Below are positions 9,909-19,270 of a stretch of DNA of 35,394 bases, piece by piece. A program made the translations under genes and the position numbers. Under the pieces are notes generated by a model. It was not told the origin of the DNA. It worked only from the letters and a program-made list of their open reading frames with translations, and did no database searches. This DNA comes from Promethearchaeota archaeon (GTDB lineage: Archaea > Asgardarchaeota > Lokiarchaeia > Sigyniarchaeales > SOKP01): positions 12,398 through 47,791 of the forward strand of contig SHMW01000025.1 in NCBI GenBank assembly GCA_008080735.1. The letters are read 5' to 3'. The first letter of the stretch is position 1, and every line of letters starts with the position of its first letter.

Positions 9909-10056
9909 TTTTTTTTCTTATGGTTTTAGAGTAATTGTTAAAATTCGTTATTTTTTTATATTTTCAAATAGCATTAGTTTGAAATAGGGTTAGTTCATAT
10001 TATGATAATTAGAGAGAATTTTTATTCTCAACATCGAAAAATTAAAGTCGATAATT

Positions 10057-12447
10057 ATGCAAATTGAACAAAAGGCACCCCCATTATTCGAGGAACGAAT
10101 AGATCGGATGAAGAAAAAAGTCGTTTCTCATTCTCGTGAAATATGTATTGAACGGGCAAAATTGTTTACTGATTCTTACAAGCAAACAAAAATAGAACCG
10201 CCAGTTATACGTTTTGCCAAAGCTGTGAGTCATTTTCTAACTAATATGACGATAGTAATCTGGGAAGATGAATATATCGTGGGCAATCGAACCACTAAGT
10301 ATGTGGGGACTCCACTTTATCCCGAAGTCCGCATTGACACCATAGAACAAGACATCGATACCTATGGAAACAGGTTTATTCAACAACTGCACCTTTCTGA
10401 AGAAGACAAAAAACTCTTGAAAGAGGATATCATCCCCTATTGGAAGAATGAAGAAATTACGGTTTACGAGAAGTTCAAATCTTCCTTAGATGATGATCTC
10501 AGAGAGGTAGTTGATAAATTGGTCTTTACGGTCGAAGTCCAATATACAAATGGTATTGGCCATTTCTTTCCCGGTCACCGAAATGTGTTGAGATATGGTT
10601 ATAATGGTTTAAAACAGATGGCGAAAGACAGGTTAGAATCTTTAAATGAAAATGAACAAGAGTTTGAGAAAAAGTGTAATTTCTTACAATCTGTAATTAT
10701 TGTATTGGACGCCGTCATAAAATTTGTCAAAAGGGTATCTCATCACGCACTCTCGATGGCGAATGAGACCGAAGATCCACAGAGAAAAAAGGAACTAAAA
10801 GAAATATCTGAGATTTGCCAAAATATAGCCGAAGCGCCGCCAACTACTTTTAAAGAAGCATTACAACTTATCTATTTCAACCAGCTTATATGCGGTCTTG
10901 AGGATGGTGGATTCGCAGTGAGCGTGGGGCGACTGGATCAAGACTTGTATCCCTATTATGCTAAAGACCTCAAAGATGGGATATTAGATCAAAGTGAAGT
11001 AGATTTTCTGCTCAAATGCTTTTTTATTAAGCTGACAGGTCTATGGAACTATATTTTTGCCTTAGGAGCTAATGCGGGAGAAGGACCGCCGATAGCTGAA
11101 AACTTGACCATAGGAGGATTAGATCGAGCGGGTAAAGATGCCACCAATGAACTCTCTTTTCAAATACTCGAAGCTTATACTCACCTCCAGACGGTTCAAC
11201 CGACTTTTTCGGCCCGAATTCATCAAAAAACATCAAAAAGATTTTTAGAGACTCTTTCCGACTCTATTAAAAATGGTACTAGCATCGCTCTATTTAACGA
11301 TGAAGTAATGGTCCCCGGACTCGTGAATCGCGGTTTTACCTTGGAAGATGCCAGGGAATATGCTCCTGTCGGATGTGTGGAGCCGCAACATCCATATAAA
11401 TCATTCGGGTCTACTAATTCTAATCAACTGAATATCGTGAAATGTCTTGAATTGGCATTAACCAATGGTATGGACTTATTTGCACGAAAAGAATATGGAG
11501 CTTCCAGTGATATAAAAATTGAGTCATATGAAGATCTATGGAAAGCATTTGAGAAGCAAGTTTCTTATTTCATTGAGAACATGGTGAAGTCAATGAATTA
11601 TCTTGACTGCGCAATAGCAGAACTCGATCCCCAACCTTTTCTTTCGGCAACTACGAGTAATTGTATTCAGAATGCTCAAGATGTGACTCAAGGTGGGTCT
11701 GTTTACAATTTTACGGGTCCTCAACTCATAGGACTCGCTACCGCAGCCGATAGTTTAGCAGTTATTAAAAAATTAGTATTTGAAGAGCAGCAACTGGAAT
11801 TAGAGGATTTAATTCAAATTCTCAAGAAAAATTATCGGGGCAATTATAAGGGAAAAACGGGAAAAGAATGGCGGGAGATTTTTATCAATAAAGTCCCTAA
11901 ATTTGGTAATGATATTGATTATGTAGATCAGATTGCTGTCAATGTCGCGGAACTTTTCTGCCGCGAGGTTTCCAAATGGGACAATTTTCGTGGAGGTAAA
12001 TATAATCCGGGTATTTACTCGACCTCACTCCATCTCGCTTTCGGGACTTTCACGGGAGCTTCGGCTGACGGCAGAAAATCTCGGGACACACTATCCAACG
12101 GAGTCGGTCCTACCCATGGGAGAGATACGAATGGGCCAACTGCAATCTTGAATTCAGTCAAAAAACTTAAAAATGAACTTATGACTAATGGACATTCCCT
12201 TATTTTAGCGTTTCATCCGAATAATTTAGAAAGGGAAATTTTTGTCCCGTTAGTTAAGACTTATTGTGAACCCGAGGGAGGGTTCCAAATACAGTTCAAT
12301 GTAATTGGAAAACAAACGCTTTGTGATGCGCAAGAACATCCTCAAAAATATCAGGGGCTTGTAGTCCGAATAGCTGGCTATAGTGTTTATTTCACAGAAT
12401 TAAGTAAGGCAGCGCAAGATGAAATAATTGCTAGAACAATATTTTAA
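10057..12447 (+). CDS. Glycyl-radical enzyme (PflD/PFL2-like, substrate unknown)
   Basis: Gly loop VRIAGYS near the C-terminus, Cys loop GCVEP (single Cys, unlike the CC of true PFL), SVGRLDQ. Confidence 0.9.
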   Translation: MQIEQKAPPLFEERIDRMKKKVVSHSREICIERAKLFTDSYKQTKIEPPVIRFAKAVSHFLTNMTIVIWEDEYIVGNRTTKYVGTPLYPEVRIDTIEQDIDTYGNRFIQQLHLSEEDKKLLKEDIIPYWKNEEITVYEKFKSSLDDDLREVVDKLVFTVEVQYTNGIGHFFPGHRNVLRYGYNGLKQMAKDRLESLNENEQEFEKKCNFLQSVIIVLDAVIKFVKRVSHHALSMANETEDPQRKKELKEISEICQNIAEAPPTTFKEALQLIYFNQLICGLEDGGFAVSVGRLDQDLYPYYAKDLKDGILDQSEVDFLLKCFFIKLTGLWNYIFALGANAGEGPPIAENLTIGGLDRAGKDATNELSFQILEAYTHLQTVQPTFSARIHQKTSKRFLETLSDSIKNGTSIALFNDEVMVPGLVNRGFTLEDAREYAPVGCVEPQHPYKSFGSTNSNQLNIVKCLELALTNGMDLFARKEYGASSDIKIESYEDLWKAFEKQVSYFIENMVKSMNYLDCAIAELDPQPFLSATTSNCIQNAQDVTQGGSVYNFTGPQLIGLATAADSLAVIKKLVFEEQQLELEDLIQILKKNYRGNYKGKTGKEWREIFINKVPKFGNDIDYVDQIAVNVAELFCREVSKWDNFRGGKYNPGIYSTSLHLAFGTFTGASADGRKSRDTLSNGVGPTHGRDTNGPTAILNSVKKLKNELMTNGHSLILAFHPNNLEREIFVPLVKTYCEPEGGFQIQFNVIGKQTLCDAQEHPQKYQGLVVRIAGYSVYFTELSKAAQDEIIARTIF

Positions 12448-12749
12448 TTATGAGTGATATAAATATACATCTTCGCTTAGCCTCTTGGTTTTGTTTTTTA
12501 GATCCTATATCCTTTTGCTAAGTTCTAATTCGGCTTTTAGGAATTCTTAATAGAAGAATTATCGATTTTCATCTTCTTATTTTTATCTGTATAGAAAATT
12601 GATAGAATAACATCTTTATATGATCAGAATTCTCAAAATCTCCTTTATGTAAAATCCTAATCCATTAATCTCTACAAGAATGTAAAAGGGAGATCTTAAA
12701 TAGGTTAAGGGTTAAATATGTATAATAAATCATTTTCTTTTTGATTTAA

Positions 12750-13466
12750 ATGACACATCTTACAAAAATGAAAAAAATAACAATCTTTATATCTTTTTTT
12801 ACTATTGTCGGGATTTTATTCTTAGCTGTTCCTGTTCAAGCATATGAAGGGTATCCCGCTTGGGAACTTGTTGGAGCTGATAATGAACTATTAGATAATA
12901 CTAATGATTTATATATATCAGATAGTGGTTTTCAAGACAGTTCTGAACAAATTCCTGCCTTAGATCTAATAAATGTAAGTTTCTCAGAAACGGGCAATAA
13001 TTATACGATGCTAATAGGATTAGGTGGAGATTATTCTGATCTTAATGCAACTATATATCTTTATGCTGAAATTACTGGAGATCAAGCTGACAACTTAGAC
13101 AGCCAATATTATCTTAGAACTAATTCAGATTTTTTTGTAACTATTGAAGAAGTGGAGGGAGAAATTAATAAGCTTATGGTTTGTCAAAGTATCCAGCATC
13201 AAGATGTTGCAGTGATTACTGGAAATATGATTAATATATCATTCCCTAAAGATAACGTCACAAGTAGAATCTCATCAGTTCAAGATATTTCACAATGGAA
13301 AGTATTAGTGGAATCTTATGCAGAATCTGGAGGAAATACTTATACTGATCTTATCCCTAATTTTGGTGCAGGTCCGAATGGAATCCCCGGATATCCACTT
13401 TTAATAGTTGGATTGATATCAATAATCTCGTTATTGATTGCTGTGAAAAAGATTCGTAAAAAATAA
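12750..13466 (+). CDS. Secreted/surface protein with Loki-CTERM-like C-terminal anchor
   Basis: Signal peptide ending VPVQA and an acidic beta-rich body. C-terminus is IPGYPLLIVGLISIISLLIAV followed by KKIRKK. Confidence 0.8.
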   Translation: MTHLTKMKKITIFISFFTIVGILFLAVPVQAYEGYPAWELVGADNELLDNTNDLYISDSGFQDSSEQIPALDLINVSFSETGNNYTMLIGLGGDYSDLNATIYLYAEITGDQADNLDSQYYLRTNSDFFVTIEEVEGEINKLMVCQSIQHQDVAVITGNMINISFPKDNVTSRISSVQDISQWKVLVESYAESGGNTYTDLIPNFGAGPNGIPGYPLLIVGLISIISLLIAVKKIRKK

Positions 13467-13642
13467 AGTAAAAAACAATATATTTATCTTTTTTTTATCT
13501 ATAGTAGTTTGTTTTAATCAATTTTGAAAATAGGCGCATTATTAAATGATTATATAAACCAAGAGATATAACATTTAAATATCATTTTAACAAAAGTATT
13601 AATAGATATTCAATAGAATTAATTAAAAAAATTTCTTAAAAA

Positions 13643-14140
13643 ATGATAAGCTTTGAAATAATTAGAAATTGGGCGTGGAAAATATCTCTATTCTCAGTTG
13701 TACTAATCATTTTGGCGCTCATTATTCCGAATATTATTTTTATTCCCACTAAAGATACCGAGATTACGGTATTCTGGATATGGAACTTTTACTACAGAGA
13801 AAATAATTTTGTAGTATTTCCTTATAGTGAAATCAATGATGCATTTAAAATATATATGATATTAGGGTATATGGTTGCCGCTTTTATAATCGTATGTATC
13901 TTATTAATCTTATTGGCATCTTTTAAAGAGAAAGGTGCGAGTTTAGGAAGATTATATTTACTATGGATTATTTCGGGAATTATATTAATTATAATGGGTA
14001 TAATTGCTTGGGGAGTAAGAGCTGCAATCATCACGACTGATATAGTAGGTATTCCCGTCCCGCTGGGAGCATTATTGATTTTATTATCAGGTGTTTTTAC
14101 AATATTAATTGGTGTAGCATCTTGGAAAATTCCAAGATAA
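13643..14140 (+). CDS. Hypothetical membrane protein (about 4 TM)
   Basis: 165-aa ORF with four hydrophobic segments, followed by a T-rich tract. Confidence 0.7.
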   Translation: MISFEIIRNWAWKISLFSVVLIILALIIPNIIFIPTKDTEITVFWIWNFYYRENNFVVFPYSEINDAFKIYMILGYMVAAFIIVCILLILLASFKEKGASLGRLYLLWIISGIILIIMGIIAWGVRAAIITTDIVGIPVPLGALLILLSGVFTILIGVASWKIPR

Positions 14141-14631
14141 ATCTCAAATATTAAAATCTTTTTCTTTTTCAATATAATTAGATTCTCAAGCTAATTAGAT
14201 TATATTTTAATATTGAGAATCTTTATCATTAAAAGTTTAGAAGATGTAGGAAAAAGATTTATAATAATTTCGAATATTATTTAAGATGCTATGAATTTAA
14301 ATCTTGATAATTAAACAAAAAAATATGAAAATGCTTAAAATTACTAATCCTATCGAAGATAACATTATAAAATAAGTATATTTGAGAAACACTTTTGATA
14401 ATTTACCGAAAAAAAGTGATCATAAATTAATTGAATTCAAAATAATGTATTATTACTTATTAGGAAGTTATAGAAATCTTTTTCCTAATTATTCCATTGG
14501 ATTAAAAACCATATATACTAAATCTCCCTAAATATTCTATAAATTTCACTAAATATTGGACTCTTAAAAGTTTATATTCTCTTTTTAATGTGTTTTAACT
14601 AAGAAAAAAATTTTAGAGGGGGGAATAAAAA

Positions 14632-14940
14632 ATGTCAAATAGAACTAAAATCCCATCATATAATCCCGGATTATTATTAGAAGAAGAACTAATAAAGTTA
14701 TTAGACCTTGAGATTAATATTTTGAAACAACGTTTTATGGAATCAAGCTCGCAATTAAATATAAAAAACTTACAAGACGCACTTTCAAAATTAGAAAAAC
14801 TAAAAAAAATGGTTTTAAACTCCAGTTCTATTATATCATTCCAAGATTTCCAAGAATATATTAATTTTATGATTGAAACAATTGAATTGAGCTTGAGTGA
14901 GAATGATAATATTTTTAATTTACTAAAATATGTCTCTTAA
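14632..14940 (+). CDS. Hypothetical helical protein
   Basis: 102-aa ORF with GAGGGGG SD-like site upstream and a T-tract after the stop. Confidence 0.6.
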   Translation: MSNRTKIPSYNPGLLLEEELIKLLDLEINILKQRFMESSSQLNIKNLQDALSKLEKLKKMVLNSSSIISFQDFQEYINFMIETIELSLSENDNIFNLLKYVS

Positions 14941-14964
14941 TTTTTTCCTATTCTTTTTAAATCA

Positions 14965-15111
14965 TCATAAATTCAGAAGTCGCCATTGTTTCATATGATC
15001 TTTAAATTCCTCTTCAGAAATCCCGATATTTGTTGGCTCAGTTAGTTTTTTACTTCCTCTCTTCTTGATAATTCTTTTTTCCCAATCATAATAAGAACTT
15101 GGTTCTGCCAT
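14965..15111 (-). CDS. Small hypothetical protein (48 aa; not in ORF track)
   Basis: Manual translation MAEPSSYYDWEKRIIKKRGSKKLTEPTNIGISEEEFKDHMKQWRLLNL, ending in tandem TGA TGA. Confidence 0.5.
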   Translation of the reverse strand: MAEPSSYYDWEKRIIKKRGSKKLTEPTNIGISEEEFKDHMKQWRLLNL

Positions 15112-15334
15112 ATAATTAATTATTTAGAACAAGCATAAATAATTAGAGAGACCGACGAATTTCTAAACTAAAATTATAATCGTGACAGAAAAACAAAAAA
15201 CGAGAGAAATCAGTCATCTCATAGAGATTAATTTCTGTCGATTCTGTTCCTCAATAGATGAACCCAAAAATCTTAGGAAAATCAAGTCAAGATTTCACAC
15301 TCTAAAATTATATAAATTGGGAATAATTTTATCA

Positions 15335-15529
15335 ATGAAGTATACATATTTTTGGAAGGGGATAATTATAACGACATATCGTACAGTGCGGATTCCCGAA
15401 GACTTAGTACAATCCTCACTAAAAGCTATGGAAATACATAAAGAATTAGGATATCGATCGCATTCTGAATTTATTATTGATGCGGTACGTCGAAGAGTCG
15501 AACAATTAATGGATCCACCGCAGGAATAA
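15335..15529 (+). CDS. Ribbon-helix-helix (CopG/MetJ-like) DNA-binding protein
   Basis: YRTVRIPEDLV...LGYRSHSEFIIDAVRRRV matches the RHH pattern. Start is uncertain (ATG 15335, or ATA/ATT near 15362-15368 after GGAAGGGG). The GTG at 15182 probably over-extends the gene. Confidence 0.75.
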   Translation: MKYTYFWKGIIITTYRTVRIPEDLVQSSLKAMEIHKELGYRSHSEFIIDAVRRRVEQLMDPPQE

Positions 15530-15609
15530 ATTTTAGATGCGATTAAAACTCTATTAAAGATATCTTGATTATAAGGTTTATACTTCCATATGAAATCTGA
15601 GCGTATTCA

Positions 15610-15804
15610 TCATTTTTTCGCATTTCTGGAACGTTTATATTCTTTATAACCACGATAAAGTATAAATAGTGAGAGGCCTAATACTATTCCGGAGCAAAAC
15701 AACGCCACGTGAGTATAATCATTTATAAAACTAATCCCGAGCATTAAAATCATAATAAGTATTACTCCGATGGCGGGTAAAATTTCACTATTATCTATTT
15801 CCAT
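15610..15804 (-). CDS. Small 2-TM membrane protein
   Basis: Two hydrophobic helices and a basic tail; co-oriented downstream of the kinase. Confidence 0.6.
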   Translation of the reverse strand: MEIDNSEILPAIGVILIMILMLGISFINDYTHVALFCSGIVLGLSLFILYRGYKEYKRSRNAKK

Positions 15805-15878
15805 TTTATTTAAGGCATCTAACTTTTAATTAGTCTTATAGAAAGTAAAAGCTAAAGCATAATCATATATCTTGTCTC

Positions 15879-18293
15879 TTAAGAGGTGGGAATCAGCATA
15901 ATGAATTTCGTCCCTTTGGAATAATCTCCCTTCACTCGATTTTTAACCCAGATTTTTCCCCCATAGCTTTTAATAATCTTATCAACGAGATAGAGACCTA
16001 AGCCCATCCCTTGTTTGGCATCTCCCCTCTCATAACCTTTTTGGAAAATGTTCTCTTTTCGCAAGTCCTTAATGCCTTTTCCGTTATCAATAAAGCTTAG
16101 CTTAACAAATTCTTTATCATTTAAGATTTCTCTACTAATCTGGATTTTAATTCTGGTTAAATCTCGGTCGGAATGTTTTATTGCATTTATCAGCAAATTA
16201 TCAAACACATCTTCCAAAAGATCATTTGCTTTAACACAAACTTGTTCTTCAGAAGAATCTATCATAATCTCTGAAAGAGATCCTTCATACATAGAGCGTA
16301 GTGAATCTATAGATTTATTCAAAACTCTACATAAGTCTACATCTTGTAAAACTTTGTCAGACTCTTCTAAATCGGAGATTTTTTGTACATTATTTATCAG
16401 TTTTGCCGCCTTATTGATTTGATCTTGCATAATATTTATCCATTCATCAACATATTCTTTCTCTTTTATATCACTTAATTCCATCGCAATTAATTCTGAA
16501 GCAGAATGAATATTTTGAAGAAAATTATTAATATCATGGGCAAATAAATCTTTATAAAAATTTGCTCGATTATAAGCTCTTTTATATTTGCGTTCGGATT
16601 GTTCTAATTTATTTTCCGCTTTCTTTTTCTCCGTGATGTCATCGAATAAAGTAACAAATGTACCCTTTTCAAAGGAGAACACAGATATTCTAAAGAATTT
16701 TTTTAAAGGTAAAAAATAATATTCAATCTGTTTGGATTTTAGAGTCTCCGCGACTTTACCATAGGTTTCAAGGAGTGGGGGTGGACTTATTCCGTAAACT
16801 TCGCTGGCTGATCTATTAATTACATATTTTTTTTTCTTATTAGTTAATTGCTCGAAAGCCGGATTCACATCTCGAATGATATAATCCACTGGGTTATTAT
16901 TCGAATTATAGATTATCTCATGGAAGGCGAGGCCCTCTATAGCATTATTATATAAGCTTCGATATTTCTTCTCTGAATCTCTGAATTTTCTAGTTCTCTC
17001 TTCAACTTTATCCTCTAAGTCCTCAATTAATGCATTTAATTCTTCTTGATGTTCCTTTAGATCCTTTTCTGCTTTTTTACGACTTGAAATGTCAGAGATA
17101 AACACCAAATCGGCGGGTTCTCCATCGTATCGTATGGATTTTGCAAAATTCTCCACCCAAATAACTTCACCCGATTTGGCTAAAGCTCTTGTTTCATAAC
17201 GGTTTGGAATATCATTAATCCCTTCTTGGCGCTTCCTTACATAGTTCAGAATCATTTCCCTATCATCTGGATGTATCGCTTCTATGAAATCTTCTATTCT
17301 CCAGCTTTGTATTTCATCTCTTTCATATCCCAATATTTGAGCAAATATTTCATTTACAAATTGAATTTTGTTGTTTTGAATAATAATTATTCCAATTAAG
17401 GCTTGTTCTGCCATAGCTCTAAAATTTCGTTCCTTTTCTCTGAGTTTTCTTTTTATTCTTATTTGCTCAGTAATATTTTGTAAATGCATTAGATAATGCG
17501 AAATTGAACTCTCAGAGTTAAGCTTTAACGGTGTAATTTGAATATCCAAGAAGATTTCATCGTCAAATTTGGGTTGGTATGATGATGATGCTCTTAATTT
17601 TCTTAAATTATACTTAATCGTAGTTCTAAATGTTTGTCCTTGATCCAATTTTTTTCGAAACTTATCTAAAACGTCCTGAACATCGAATAAATTATACTCT
17701 GAGATTTTGCCTTTATCTTTAACTCCAAATAATTCTATTGTCGCCTCGTTTAAATCTATCAGAATGCCCTCCTTATTAAATAAGATAATAGGAAATGGAC
17801 TCCTCATAAATAGCCCCTTAAACTTTTTCTTTGCTTGGTCCAATTCCTTTGTCCGTTTTTCTACTTTCTGCTCTAAAGTTGTTGTTAATTCTTTTAGTTT
17901 TTCCTCGAAGATTTTCTCCTTCGTAATATCTTGAGTTGCTACGATTATATAATTAGGGGGGATGAATTTATAATGGGCTCGTAAGAATTTTTTTTGCTCA
18001 GATCCTCTGAATTGATATCTGGTTTCTAAAAACAATTCCTTACGTTCCTCATAAGATTTCTTTAATAAATCTAGGAGATGAGGTTCGTCTCTATGGATAA
18101 CTGATGCCTTTTTTCCCACTGAACCTTCCAAAATATTTCCCGCAAGTTCATCATTCGCCCTATTATACCCCCAAAAGATAAAATCATCTCCAATCTTTTT
18201 CCAATAATGAATGGGGACGGGAAGGTCTTCAAACATCGCTTTAAAATTCTCTTTCTTTATCGCTTTATTATGCTCATTTTTATCAATTGTCAT
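15879..18293 (-). CDS. Cytoplasmic multi-PAS sensor histidine kinase
   Basis: Several PAS/PAC repeats (DIT/DIS ends, IHPDDR) and coiled linkers LEQKVEKRT and LEDKVEERT. H box FAHDINNFL, N box NLLINAIKH, DNGKG and GMGLGL. No TM segments. Confidence 0.93.
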   Translation of the reverse strand: MTIDKNEHNKAIKKENFKAMFEDLPVPIHYWKKIGDDFIFWGYNRANDELAGNILEGSVGKKASVIHRDEPHLLDLLKKSYEERKELFLETRYQFRGSEQKKFLRAHYKFIPPNYIIVATQDITKEKIFEEKLKELTTTLEQKVEKRTKELDQAKKKFKGLFMRSPFPIILFNKEGILIDLNEATIELFGVKDKGKISEYNLFDVQDVLDKFRKKLDQGQTFRTTIKYNLRKLRASSSYQPKFDDEIFLDIQITPLKLNSESSISHYLMHLQNITEQIRIKRKLREKERNFRAMAEQALIGIIIIQNNKIQFVNEIFAQILGYERDEIQSWRIEDFIEAIHPDDREMILNYVRKRQEGINDIPNRYETRALAKSGEVIWVENFAKSIRYDGEPADLVFISDISSRKKAEKDLKEHQEELNALIEDLEDKVEERTRKFRDSEKKYRSLYNNAIEGLAFHEIIYNSNNNPVDYIIRDVNPAFEQLTNKKKKYVINRSASEVYGISPPPLLETYGKVAETLKSKQIEYYFLPLKKFFRISVFSFEKGTFVTLFDDITEKKKAENKLEQSERKYKRAYNRANFYKDLFAHDINNFLQNIHSASELIAMELSDIKEKEYVDEWINIMQDQINKAAKLINNVQKISDLEESDKVLQDVDLCRVLNKSIDSLRSMYEGSLSEIMIDSSEEQVCVKANDLLEDVFDNLLINAIKHSDRDLTRIKIQISREILNDKEFVKLSFIDNGKGIKDLRKENIFQKGYERGDAKQGMGLGLYLVDKIIKSYGGKIWVKNRVKGDYSKGTKFIMLIPTS

Positions 18294-18724
18294 TTCTAAG
18301 GGGGAAATCTAATGTCAAAAAATCTCTATATCTATATTTTATTTCAATTTGCGTTTTTAATTAGAATTAGAATAGACTAATATGTTTTAAGTATTTCTAT
18401 TTTAATTTAATGATATTTGGCGATACAGAAAAATTATTATTGATATTTGACTTTCATTTTTGATGATTCAATAGTATTAGAATAATTCCACACATCTTTT
18501 TCAATTAAATGAGAAGAATAATATGAAATATTTTTTACAAATTTTTAATATTTCAGCAAATTGACACATTTTTATTAAAAAATCTAGTTCTTCTTTTCAA
18601 ACGCGTGATTTTCGGGAATTCCTTGCTAAGTTAAGCAAAAAGTTTAATAGGTTCTAATTCTTTAATAAGGTAGAATGGGCTGAATAAAAAGAAATTTTTA
18701 TTGGTCTAATTCTGTTTAAAGCAA

Positions 18725-18736
18725 TTTATATAAAAA
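18725..18736 (+). promoter_or_regulatory. Putative TATA box of the csp gene
   Basis: TTTATATAAAAA about 45-55 nt upstream of the csp ATG. Confidence 0.45.
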
Positions 18737-18779
18737 GTAATAAAACGTAAGTAAATTAAGAAGTGAAGTGTAGTAAGTA

Positions 18780-19075
18780 ATGCCCAAGGGAAAAGTCAAG
18801 TGGTTTAACAATCGTAATTTTTAAGAGATTCCCTCTTAAAGCGAAAAGGCTATGGCTTTATTACCCCTGAGGAATATGAGGACGATGAGTCTCAAGAACA
18901 CGATATTTTTGTTCACTACTCCGCTATAAAAGGAGAAGGAGATGAATATAAGACCTTATATGAAAATGACATCGTGGAATACGAAGTCACCGAAGGAGAT
19001 AAAGGCCCACAAGCGGCGAATGTTAAAGTAATTGAATCTGCCGGGAAAGAACAGTCTGGTGGATACTTTTACTAA
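18780..19075 (+). CDS. csp: Cold-shock domain protein (CspA family, 88 aa after splicing); exons 18780-18817 and 18847-19075
   Basis: Spliced product [88 protein letters not shown]. It contains RNP1 (KGYGFI), RNP2 (IFVHY) and KGPQAANV. The unspliced frame stops at TAA 18822-24. Confidence 0.9.
18818..18846 (+). other. Putative 29-nt BHB/BHL-type intron in csp mRNA
   Basis: Central helix TCGT(18812-15)/GCGA(18841-44), 3-nt bulges AAT(18816-18) and AAA(18845-47), intron stem TTTAAGAG/CTCTTAAA. Cutting after the 2nd nt of each bulge gives CGT AA|A GGC, which is in frame. Confidence 0.8.
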
Positions 19076-19270
19076 AACCCATATGAACACATATAAGCAA
19101 GGTTGTAAAGATCCTTATTCTTTATGAACCAAATAGTATATGAACGTGAATAATTTAAAGTAGAACGACTTTAAGTTTAAAATTCACATAATCTTTTTTT
19201 TATTATTTCTTCTTTTCAATATTTTGGAATCCTTAGAATTTTATATTCGTGCACTATACTTTTTATAAGA

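Noticed and set aside
12530-12640. Imperfect inverted repeats downstream of the glycyl-radical gene
   Set aside because: Short, AT-rich and mismatched, with no target-site duplication or second copy in the window.
14325-14531. Possible pseudogene: ATG frame with one internal TAA (14373-75) and 51 further open codons
   Set aside because: The translation resembles nothing I recognise, there is no BHB structure around the stop, and it could be chance.
18814-18841. GT...AG (GTAATT...TTAAAG) spliceosomal-looking boundaries in the csp insert, and GTAAGT copies in the leader
   Set aside because: Removing this 28-nt segment does not restore the frame. The 29-nt BHB cut does, and no spliceosome is known in archaea.
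18780-19075. csp as a simple pseudogene
   Set aside because: Both halves are intact. The single lesion is a structured insert whose predicted cut sites restore the consensus exactly, and it is not a tandem duplication. This cannot be fully excluded without RNA data.
19120-19190. SECIS-like ATGA-hairpin downstream of csp
   Set aside because: There is no in-frame TGA in csp or its neighbours, and no convincing GA quartet geometry.
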